From positions 22,480-46,479 of the forward strand of contig CAXTOX010000007.1 in assembly GCA_964245885.1 (NCBI GenBank): a stretch of DNA of 24,000 nucleotides. The letters run 5' to 3'. A program made the translations under genes and the position numbers. Under the pieces are notes generated by a model. It ran no database searches. It worked only from the letters and a program-made list of their open reading frames with translations, and was not told the DNA's origin. This DNA comes from an uncultured Chthoniobacterales bacterium (GTDB lineage: Bacteria; Verrucomicrobiota; Verrucomicrobiia; Chthoniobacterales; SZAS-18). Shown piece after piece: positions 8,199 through 14,871 of this stretch. Position 1 is the stretch's first letter; each line of letters starts with the position of its first letter.

Positions 8199-8354
8199 CC
8201 GCCGCAGGCGTCGTCAACAATGGGTAGGGATGGCTCTCCGAGCCGCTCCCTAACTTTTCTGGAAAGTGTTTCGCCGCAATGACAGTTAACCAGAGAACAA
8301 TAGGGATTGCCTCGGAGAGCCATCCCTACCCATTGTTGACGACGCCTGCGGCGG
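8199..8354. repeat. REP/BIME-like inverted repeat pair, family 1, inside the rsr-rtcB transcription unit
   Basis: Arm 8199-8252 (ccgccgcaggcgtcgtcaacaatgggtagggatggctctccgagccgctcccta) faces arm 8301-8354 (tagggattgcctcggagagccatccctacccattgttgacgacgcctgcggcgg). The spacer is about 48 nt. It has the same core as the 431-568 element. Confidence 0.8.
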
Positions 8355-8381
8355 CTCCAGGCATGATTTGAAAGGAAATTT

Positions 8382-8513
8382 ACGGCGACAAAATTGAAGT
8401 GACGTTTTACGTGCTCTACCACTGAGCTACGGTTCCGTGGAAAGTGGAACCGGCGGGACTCGAACCCGCGACCCGTCCGTGTATAGGGATGTAGTCACAT
8501 CGGCATTCGCCGC
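8382..8513 (-). ncRNA. Y RNA-like unit 4 (YrlA-type) with a circularly permuted tRNA-like module
   Basis: Minus strand. Terminal stem GCGGCGA/UCGCCGU, then AUGCC..GUGAC UACAU, paired 3' with AAAAC GUCAC. Inside are a T arm GCGGG-UUCGAGU-CCCGC, a 7-bp acceptor-like hairpin CGGUUCC/GGAACCG, and a D arm UA-GCUC-AGUGGUA-GAGC. The arm order T, acceptor, D is that reported for YrlA. Ends are approximate. Confidence 0.75.
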
Positions 8514-8543
8514 AAAATTTGGAAATGGATTAAAAGTGAGGAT

Positions 8544-8692
8544 GACCGACGGTTCGTGATGACAAGAGATTGGTGAAACGGTTTTCGATGCTCTCCCGTT
8601 GAGCTATTCGGCCTTGCGGCCGAACCGGGACTCGAACCCGGAACCGGCGAATTAAATGTAGTTCCACGCGGCATTCGTCACGAGAGCCGGTC
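8544..8692 (-). ncRNA. Y RNA-like unit 3 (YrlA-type) with a circularly permuted tRNA-like module
   Basis: Minus strand. Terminal stem UCGUGACGA/UCAUCACGA (one C-A mismatch) plus outer GACCG/CGGUC, then AUGCC..GUGGAAC UACAU, paired 3' with AAAAC C GUUUCAC. Inside are a T arm CCGGG-UUCGAGU-CCCGG, an acceptor-like 7-bp stem UUCGGCC-GCAA-GGCCGAA (GNRA loop), and a D arm UA-GCUC-AACGGGA-GAGC. Ends are approximate. Confidence 0.75.
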
Positions 8693-8699
8693 ATTCTGC

Positions 8700-8848
8700 G
8701 AGCGTGCCGACAACCGGCGGCAGGACGTTTTACTGAGCTATCCCGTTTTGAGGCGGGACCAGATGTCGAATCTGGGACCTCCCGCGCGAGGCTTTCACCT
8801 CGCGCGGGCGCTCTTACCATGTAGTCCGTGCCTGCATTCGGCACGCTC
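8700..8848 (-). ncRNA. Y RNA-like unit 2, whose tRNA-like module appears to be opened in the D loop rather than the anticodon stem
   Basis: Minus strand. Perfect 11-bp terminal stem GAGCGUGCCGA/UCGGCACGCUC, then AUGCA..GGAC UACAU, paired 3' with AAAAC GUCC. Inside are GGUAAGAGCG, an 11-bp GC hairpin CCCGCGCGAGG-UGAAAG-CCUCGCGCGGG, AGGUC, a T arm CCAGA-UUCGACA-UCUGG, an acceptor-like hairpin UCCCG..CGGGA, and UAGCUCAGU. Confidence 0.7.
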
Positions 8849-8876
8849 AAATTTTCTGCAAAGAACAAGGGGTTGA

Positions 8877-8939
8877 TCGCCGACAAGTTTCTGGTGAGAC
8901 CCTCACATGGTAAAATGTAGTCCCACCGGCATTCGGCGA
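8877..8939 (-). ncRNA. Y RNA-like unit 1, a minimal form without a tRNA-like module (YrlB-like?)
   Basis: Minus strand, starting 6 nt after the rsr stop. Perfect terminal stem UCGCCGA/UCGGCGA, then AUGCC GGUGGGAC UACAU...GUCUCACC (8 bp with one G-U). It has the same 5' motif as units 2-4 but only about 63 nt. Confidence 0.55.
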
Positions 8940-8944
8940 AAGGT

Positions 8945-10501
8945 TTACAGTGCGATTTGCTCGATCTGCTCCACCCAGTGACCCGCCCGCAGGTTGCCCT
9001 GCGCGAAGGCCGCCACGATCTCGAACACCGCGTCCGAGAAGCCGCCGACGTTAAGGATGTCCCCGCGTTCGGCCGCCTGCGTGCTCGCGTACGGCTGGAT
9101 GTCCAGGCACACCAGCCGGGCGCGCGGGTTGCGGGCGCGGAACGCCGACCATTCGGCCATCGTCGCCGTGCTGCGGCCCCCACCCTGCGCGTCCATCCAG
9201 GACATGTTGTCCGAGACGACGATCACGAGGTCGCCGGTCGCGCGCATCTTGTTCAGGTGCGCGAGTGGGGCCGAGCAGTTCGTCCCGCCGCTGGGCAGCG
9301 AGGCGAGCTTCTGCGCGTTGGTCATGACGCTGTCGCGGGCGTTGAGCTGGCACGGCACGACGCTGTCGCTGAAGGCCAGCACCTCCGCCGCCGGATTGCG
9401 CCGCAGGACGCTCGCCGCCACCAACGCGGCCACGTCGATGCAGCGCGTCTTGGTCGTGGACCCGGCGCGGTGGCCGGTCACGGGCGACTGCATGGAACCG
9501 GACACATCCGGGCAAACGTACACCTGTCCGTCGATGGCCGGGACGTTCTCCGTGGCGATCTCCATCGCGTCCTGGAGCGCGCCCCGCACGGTGGCGGGCA
9601 CCGCCTGGTCGGCGGCGTGGAACGCGGTCAGGAGTTGGTAGGGAAAGCACCGGGCGCGGCGCACCTTCTGCGGGTCGCGCAGACGGTAGGCGATACGGTG
9701 GGTAAGGTCCTGATCGTCGAACACGCCGTGGCGCGCGAAGGTGTTCAGGTTCATGCGCGTGGTCTGCCACGAGGCGTTCTCCGCGATGGCCTGCCAGGCG
9801 GCGCGGTCGAGGTCGAGCGCGGTCAGCATCTGGAAAGGCACGTCGGGCACGGCCTGGATGAAGCCACCCTTGAAGGCGTCGAACTGGCGTACCAACGGCG
9901 GCAACTGCGCGGCGTCGTGCGTGCGGCCGATCAACCAGCCGTACAGCGCCTCGCGCTGAGCGTTGGCCGGGCGCGGGTGCACCATCTTGACGACATCCGC
10001 CAGCGAAGGCGACTGGCCGACCGACGCGCGGAACACGCCCTCGTCGTCGCGGCGTTCCAACCAGCGGCGCACGAGGCGGCGCGGGGCGCTGCCGAGCGAC
10101 TTGCGGCCCGTGACGCCGCTGCGGACGATCTGCACGAAGCTGCGCAACGTGCGGCCGTCGTCGATCACGCGGTCAAAGACGCGTTCCAGCATCGGTACGT
10201 CGAGCGTGGCCAGCGCGGCGCAAAGCAGGGCGGGCGTGTCCTTCATGAAGCCACGCGTGCGGCAGTAGATCGCCGTCTGCGCCACGAACGCCGCGTCGGC
10301 CTGGCCGGCCAGCGCGAGAAGGCGTTCCAACTGCGCTTCCGCGCTCGCGTAGAACGTCGTGTTCAGGCAACCGGTGACCGCATACTGCGCGAGGGCATGC
10401 CGGGGCGGCAGCGCGAAGGCCGGGCCGCCGGCCTCATTGCGGGCGTTCGTCCGGGGCAGGATCGCCCCGGCAACGGTCTGGAAGAGAGTCTTGTTGGCCA
10501 T
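8945..10501 (-). CDS. rsr: Ro60-related protein Rsr (TROVE domain plus C-terminal vWA/MIDAS)
   Basis: MANKTLFQTVAG...NEAGGPAFAL...QYAVTGCLNTTFY is a typical TROVE N-terminus. The MIDAS motif is CPDVSGSM. I prefer the ATG at 10501 over the ORF-track start at 10552, whose extra 17 aa are Arg/Thr-rich. Confidence 0.9.
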   Translation of the reverse strand: MANKTLFQTVAGAILPRTNARNEAGGPAFALPPRHALAQYAVTGCLNTTFYASAEAQLERLLALAGQADAAFVAQTAIYCRTRGFMKDTPALLCAALATLDVPMLERVFDRVIDDGRTLRSFVQIVRSGVTGRKSLGSAPRRLVRRWLERRDDEGVFRASVGQSPSLADVVKMVHPRPANAQREALYGWLIGRTHDAAQLPPLVRQFDAFKGGFIQAVPDVPFQMLTALDLDRAAWQAIAENASWQTTRMNLNTFARHGVFDDQDLTHRIAYRLRDPQKVRRARCFPYQLLTAFHAADQAVPATVRGALQDAMEIATENVPAIDGQVYVCPDVSGSMQSPVTGHRAGSTTKTRCIDVAALVAASVLRRNPAAEVLAFSDSVVPCQLNARDSVMTNAQKLASLPSGGTNCSAPLAHLNKMRATGDLVIVVSDNMSWMDAQGGGRSTATMAEWSAFRARNPRARLVCLDIQPYASTQAAERGDILNVGGFSDAVFEIVAAFAQGNLRAGHWVEQIEQIAL

Positions 10502-10583
10502 GGAAGTGCAGGTTGACGTTTGAGTCGCCCGCCGTCGGTTCGATGTTCGCACCGGACGGACGTTGAGCGATGAACCCTTCTAT

Positions 10584-10598
10584 CGCTAGGCACGTGCC
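10584..10598 (-). promoter_or_regulatory. Sigma54 (-24/-12) promoter for rsr-Y RNA-rtcBA
   Basis: The minus strand reads TGGCACGTGCCTAGC. This matches TGGCACG-N4-TTGC, with GG and GC at the canonical spacing and one mismatch (TAGC for TTGC). It lies about 85 nt upstream of the rsr ATG, next to divergent rtcR, which is a sigma54 activator. Confidence 0.7.
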
Positions 10599-10743
10599 AG
10601 CGAAGATTTCTCCAATTGCTTTCAATGCGTAAATTCCTTTCGCGCAGAGAGAAAAATTTATTTTGGCATGGCATCGTGTTAAGCAGGGCGCATTGTTGCT
10701 AGCACCAACCTAGATTTATCGCTAGCTATTTAGCGTATCCGCC

Positions 10744-12369
10744 ATGCCTACCAAGAAGCTCGTCGTCCTCGGTTTACTCGGGACCCAGTTGGATTCGGGC
10801 AAGAACGCCCACCGCTGGGAAAACTGGCGGCCCACCGTCTCGCTCTGCCAACACGACGATCTGCTCGTCGCGCGGCTCGAACTACTCCACGACCGCCGCC
10901 ACACCAGCCTCACCGAAACCGTGACGACGGACATCGCCGGGGTCTCACCGGAGACGGAAGTTCACGGGCACCTCGTGGAATTCAGCGACCCGTGGGACTT
11001 CGAAGAGGTCTACGGCTCGCTGGCGGACTTCGCGCGCGGCTATCCCTTCGACCCGGAAAAAGAAGACTACCTCGTCCACATCACCACGGGCACGCACGTC
11101 GCTCAGATCTGCCTCTTCCTGCTGACGGAGTCGCGACGTTTCCCGGGACGGCTCATCCAGACTTCCCCGCCCGCCGAACGCCAGCCCCGGCACCGCGCGG
11201 CCGCCGGGCGGTACTCCATCATCGACCTGGACCTGTCGCGCTACGACCGCATCGCGGCGCGCTTCGCCGAAGAACAGCGGGAAGCGCGCACGTTCCTCAA
11301 AAACGGCATCGCCACGCGCAACGCCGCGTTCAACCGCATGATCGAGGAGATCGAGCAGGTGGCCGTCGCGTCGCGCGAGCCGATGCTGTTCATGGGGCCG
11401 ACCGGCGCGGGGAAATCGTCGCTGGCGCGCAAGGTGTTCGAGTTGAAACGCGGCCGGCACCAGCTCGCCGGGCAGTTCGTGGAGGTCAACTGCGCGACCC
11501 TGCGCGGGGACACTGCGGTGAGCACGCTCTTCGGCCACGTGCGGGGAGCGTTCACCGGGGCGCAGCGCGACCGTCCGGGACTGCTGCGCACGGCGAACGG
11601 CGGGCTGTTGTTCCTCGACGAAATCGGTGAACTCGGCCCCGACGAACAGGCCATGCTGCTGCGCGCGCTGGAGGAAAAACGCTTCCTGCCCGTCGGCGCG
11701 GACCAGGAAGCGGTGAGTGACTTCCAGCTCATCGCCGGAACGAACTGCGACCTGTCCGGGGCGGTGGCCAAGGGCGAGTTCCGCGAGGATCTGCTGGCGC
11801 GGATCAACCTGTGGACCTTCGCACTGCCAGGGCTCGCGCAACGGTCCGAGGACATCGCGCCCAACCTCGACCACGAACTCGAACGCGCGGCGCAACGGCT
11901 CGGCCGGCGCGTCGGCATGGCCCGGGACGTGCGCGGGGCGTTCCTGGATTTCGCGCGTTCGGGCGAGGCGAAGTGGAGCGCGAACTTCCGCGACCTGAAC
12001 GCCGCCGTCACGCGCATGGCCACGCTCGCGCCGGGCGGACGGATCACGCGCGAGGTGCTGGCCAGGGAGCTTATCCGTCTGCGGGCTGGCTGGCAGAACG
12101 CGAACGGCACGGAGAGCGGCCGGGCGGGCACGGGCGACGAGGCATTGCTGGTCGAAACGCTGGGCGCGGACGGGGCAGCCTCGCTCGACTTATTCGACCG
12201 GGCGCAGCTTGCCTGCGTAGTGCGGGTTTGCCGCGACAGCAAAACCTTGAGCGAGGCCGGCCGGCGGCTCTTCGCGGTGACCCGGGGCAAACGCAAGGTT
12301 GCCAACGATGCCGACCGGCTGCGCAAATATCTCGCGCGTTTCGGCCTGGTTTGGCCGTGCGGCGTCTAG
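10744..12369 (+). CDS. rtcR: Sigma54-dependent transcriptional activator RtcR (CARF-like sensor N-domain, AAA+ core, C-terminal HTH)
   Basis: N-terminus KLVVLGLLGTQLDSGKNAHRWENWRPTVSLC is RtcR-type. Walker A is GPTGAGKS, the sigma54-contact loop is GAFTGA, and Walker B is LLFLDEIGEL. It is divergent from rsr. Confidence 0.9.
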   Translation: MPTKKLVVLGLLGTQLDSGKNAHRWENWRPTVSLCQHDDLLVARLELLHDRRHTSLTETVTTDIAGVSPETEVHGHLVEFSDPWDFEEVYGSLADFARGYPFDPEKEDYLVHITTGTHVAQICLFLLTESRRFPGRLIQTSPPAERQPRHRAAAGRYSIIDLDLSRYDRIAARFAEEQREARTFLKNGIATRNAAFNRMIEEIEQVAVASREPMLFMGPTGAGKSSLARKVFELKRGRHQLAGQFVEVNCATLRGDTAVSTLFGHVRGAFTGAQRDRPGLLRTANGGLLFLDEIGELGPDEQAMLLRALEEKRFLPVGADQEAVSDFQLIAGTNCDLSGAVAKGEFREDLLARINLWTFALPGLAQRSEDIAPNLDHELERAAQRLGRRVGMARDVRGAFLDFARSGEAKWSANFRDLNAAVTRMATLAPGGRITREVLARELIRLRAGWQNANGTESGRAGTGDEALLVETLGADGAASLDLFDRAQLACVVRVCRDSKTLSEAGRRLFAVTRGKRKVANDADRLRKYLARFGLVWPCGV

Positions 12370-12382
12370 CCGCCCATCGCGT

Positions 12383-13138
12383 TCAGGTGTCTGTCGAGAT
12401 GTCGTCCCAATCCTGATCCATGTAGCCGATGAGCCAGTTCAGGACGTAATGGCGTTCCTGCACGACGCCACCTTCCAGTTTCGCGGGCGTCTCTTTGCCC
12501 TTGACCCGTGCATCGACGGCAGCCCAATGGTAGCGGTAAGCCAGATCGGCCTCGTCGAGGATGGAAGCCAGCGGGCGGAGTTTGGCGTCCTGGACGAACC
12601 GGGCGGTTGTCCGGTCTTTCAGGAGGCGGACCGCCTTGGGGACATCGCACATGGCCTCGGGACGTTCCAGGGTGTCGACATATCCGAGAGCCCACAGCAA
12701 CACCCAGTAGTCCTCGTAGCGCCAGGAGTAGTCGACGCGTTCCTGCTGGGTCGGGTTCGGGTCCTTGATGAAGGCCGCCTCCTTCGGCGAAAGGAACGCT
12801 TCGGCTCCGTACCTTTGCACCAGAGCATCCACCGTGGCCTGATCGACGCCCTCGCCTTTGGCGGCCGTCAGGCAAACGGCGATGGCGCGCCTGGCGATCT
12901 CCTCCGCCGTGCGGGTCTTCGCCTGCGTGGAATCTTCGATGACCGGCAGGTGGTCAATAGTGGGAACGCCCTCTTGCCGGAGGCGGGTGACCGAACGAGC
13001 CCTGCGCTCGACGGCCTCTTTGGACGGCTCATTGCGCTCATGCTCTTCGATCTTGAGACGGCGCTCGTCATTGGTCTGGGACATCAGCGTGGTAGAAAAA
13101 ACAAGGCACAGAGCAAAGGTGGCCAGATAGCGTTTCAT
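12383..13138 (-). CDS. Secreted hypothetical protein (possibly DUF4272-like)
   Basis: I prefer the ATG at 13138 (MKRYLATFALCLVFSTTLMSQ, a signal peptide). WRYEDYWVLLWALGYVD resembles DUF4272 as far as I remember that family. It lies 62 nt downstream of serA on the same strand. Confidence 0.6.
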   Translation of the reverse strand: MKRYLATFALCLVFSTTLMSQTNDERRLKIEEHERNEPSKEAVERRARSVTRLRQEGVPTIDHLPVIEDSTQAKTRTAEEIARRAIAVCLTAAKGEGVDQATVDALVQRYGAEAFLSPKEAAFIKDPNPTQQERVDYSWRYEDYWVLLWALGYVDTLERPEAMCDVPKAVRLLKDRTTARFVQDAKLRPLASILDEADLAYRYHWAAVDARVKGKETPAKLEGGVVQERHYVLNWLIGYMDQDWDDISTDT

Positions 13139-13200
13139 AGGTTGAAGAAGCCGACGCCCAAACATTACACAAGCTCCCCCGCCCTGCCGCGCACAGCCCC

Positions 13201-14799
13201 TTACAAACTCACCACCCGCGCGCTGAGAATATCCGCGTCGCCGCGCACCTGCGCGAGTGTTTCGGCGTCGGGTTCGCTGTCGAGGTTGATGACCGTCAAC
13301 GCCGTGCCGCCGGCGGCGTCGCGGCTCAGGCTCATCGTGGCAATGTTGATCCCGCGTCCGCCCAGCAGGCTGCCGATCTTGCCGACCATGCCGGGCACGT
13401 CGCGGTTTTCCAGTAGTAGGAGCACGCCTTCCGGCCGCGCCTCGATGTGCTGGCCGTTGATCTGCACGATGCGCGGCTTGGCCCCGAAGAACGTTCCCGC
13501 CACCGACACCGGCGCGCCTTCACCCGAGACCGCGACCTCCAGCAGGTCCGTGAAATCGCCCGGCACATTCTGGCGCGTCTCGACGACCTTCAGGCCCCGC
13601 TCGCGCGCCCGCGCCAGGGCGTTGACCGCGTTGACGACCTCCGCGCCCATCGCGGGTTCGAGGAAGCCTTTGACCACCGCGCGGGTGATCGGCCCCGTGT
13701 CGGATTCGTTGACGCGGCCCGAGTAGTTGACGGTGAGTTGCTCGCTGCGGCGCGACGGCGCGAACTGCGCCACGAACCGCCCCAGCCGCGCGCCGAAATC
13801 CAGGTACGGCCCGACGACCGCGAGCGTTTTGGCGTCGAGGTTGGGCGCGTTGACGGCGTTGCGGATCACCCCGTCCACCAGCGCCGCACGGACGGCTTGC
13901 GCGATCTCGATGCCGACGCTTTCCTGCGCCTCCGCCGTGCTCGCGCCGAGGTGCGGGGTGAACACCATCTTCGGATTCGCCCGCAACGGGAAATCGGCCG
14001 GCGGCGGTTCGGTCTCGAACACGTCCAGCGCCGCCCCGGCAACGTGGCCGCTTTCCAGCGCGGCCAACAGCGCCGCTTCGTCGATCAGACCACCCCGTGC
14101 GCAGTTGACGATCCGTACCCCGGCCTTGCACAACGCGAGACGGCGGGCGTCGAGCATGTGCCGGGTCTCGGGCGTCAGCGGCATGTGCATCGAGATAAAA
14201 TCCGCGCGCGGCAGGGCGTCGTCGAGGCCATCGGCGAGTTCAACCTGGAGCGCGCGCGCCCGGCTGGCGGCGAGGTACGGGTCGTAGGCGACCACGCGCA
14301 TACCGAAGGCAATCGCGCGCCGGGCCAGTTCGCTGCCGATGCGGCCCATGCCGAGGATCGTCAGCGTCTTGCCGTAGAGTTCGACGCCCTGGAACTTCTT
14401 GCGCTCCCACTTACCCGCCACCACGGAGGCACTCGCCTGCGGGATCGTGCGCGCCGTGCTCACGAGCAGCGAGAACGTGTGCTCGGCCGTGGAGATCGTG
14501 TTGCCGTCGGGCGTGTTCATCACGATGACCCCGCGCGCCGTGGCCGCTTCCACATCCACGTTGTCCACTCCCACCCCGGCCCGGCCGACGACGCGCAACG
14601 CCCCGGCGGCTGCGAGCACGCGTTTGTTCACCTTGGTCTCCGAACGCACGATCAGCGCGGCGCAGCCGGGGATGACCTCCAGGAGTTGCTCCTCCTTCAT
14701 CCCGGTCTGGAAGATAACCTCGAAGCGGCCGTCGCTCTGGAGTTCCTCGACGCCGCGCGTCGAGATGGGATCGGCAACCAGCACTTTGAATTTGTCCAT
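13201..14799 (-). CDS. serA: D-3-phosphoglycerate dehydrogenase SerA (long form with ASB and ACT domains)
   Basis: Starts MDKFKVLVADPIS at 14799. NAD motif is LGMGRIGSELARRA, followed by the catalytic region CARGGLIDE...HLGAST and an ACT-like C-terminus. The 816 aa ORF in the track is an Arg-rich 5' over-extension. Confidence 0.9.
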   Translation of the reverse strand: MDKFKVLVADPISTRGVEELQSDGRFEVIFQTGMKEEQLLEVIPGCAALIVRSETKVNKRVLAAAGALRVVGRAGVGVDNVDVEAATARGVIVMNTPDGNTISTAEHTFSLLVSTARTIPQASASVVAGKWERKKFQGVELYGKTLTILGMGRIGSELARRAIAFGMRVVAYDPYLAASRARALQVELADGLDDALPRADFISMHMPLTPETRHMLDARRLALCKAGVRIVNCARGGLIDEAALLAALESGHVAGAALDVFETEPPPADFPLRANPKMVFTPHLGASTAEAQESVGIEIAQAVRAALVDGVIRNAVNAPNLDAKTLAVVGPYLDFGARLGRFVAQFAPSRRSEQLTVNYSGRVNESDTGPITRAVVKGFLEPAMGAEVVNAVNALARARERGLKVVETRQNVPGDFTDLLEVAVSGEGAPVSVAGTFFGAKPRIVQINGQHIEARPEGVLLLLENRDVPGMVGKIGSLLGGRGINIATMSLSRDAAGGTALTVINLDSEPDAETLAQVRGDADILSARVVSL

Positions 14800-14871
14800 G
14801 ACGCTGAGAGAAAAAGGGTGGCCCGCAAGGTGAAGGTTGCAAAGCGGGGTGTCAAAGTGGAAGTCTCCACG

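Noticed and set aside
8400-8760. Sequences that look like tRNA genes on the minus strand (GTAGCTCAGTGGTAGAGC, GGTTCGAGTCCCGC and similar)
   Set aside because: The arms are in permuted order (T arm, closed acceptor hairpin, D arm). There is no free acceptor end and no 7-nt anticodon loop in the right place. These are tRNA-like modules of Y RNAs, not tRNA genes.
8153-9183. Track ORFs 8153-8422 (-) and 8530-9183 (-) in the rsr-rtcB gap
   Set aside because: They run through the REP element and the structured RNA units, and their composition is Arg/Cys/Ser-rich. The second also overlaps the 3' end of rsr out of frame.
8957-10516. 519 aa + strand ORF
   Set aside because: It is exactly antisense to rsr. 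It is Arg/Gly/His/Ala-rich with no recognisable motifs, a typical GC-rich shadow ORF. The same reasoning applies to 9051-9770 (-), 8994-9641 (+) and 10363-10674 (-).
10664-10686. TTGGCATGGCATCGTGTTAAGCA on the + strand upstream of rtcR as a sigma54 promoter
   Set aside because: Neither TGGCAT register places GC at the canonical 10-nt spacing (off by one or absent). rtcR-type activators are normally not sigma54-dependent themselves.
12367-12385. Expected terminator between convergent rtcR and the 12383-13138 gene; likewise between 19811 and 19816
   Set aside because: Only 13 nt and 4 nt separate the convergent stop codons, with no hairpin. Termination signals, if any, must lie inside the opposing coding regions, so nothing is annotatable.
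10945-13726. ORFs 10945-11895 (-), 11241-12326 (-), 11811-12416 (+) and 12299-13726 (+)
   Set aside because: They are antisense or out of frame to rtcR, the secreted hypothetical protein and serA, with shadow-ORF composition.
13447-14871. 5' two thirds of the 735 aa + strand ORF, and the 13201-15651 (-) extension upstream of the serA ATG
   Set aside because: The + strand part is antisense to serA and Arg/Asp/His-rich. The minus-strand part upstream of MDKFKV is Arg-rich and overlaps the better-looking 14872-15654 gene. Only 14872-15654 (+) and 13201-14799 (-) were kept.
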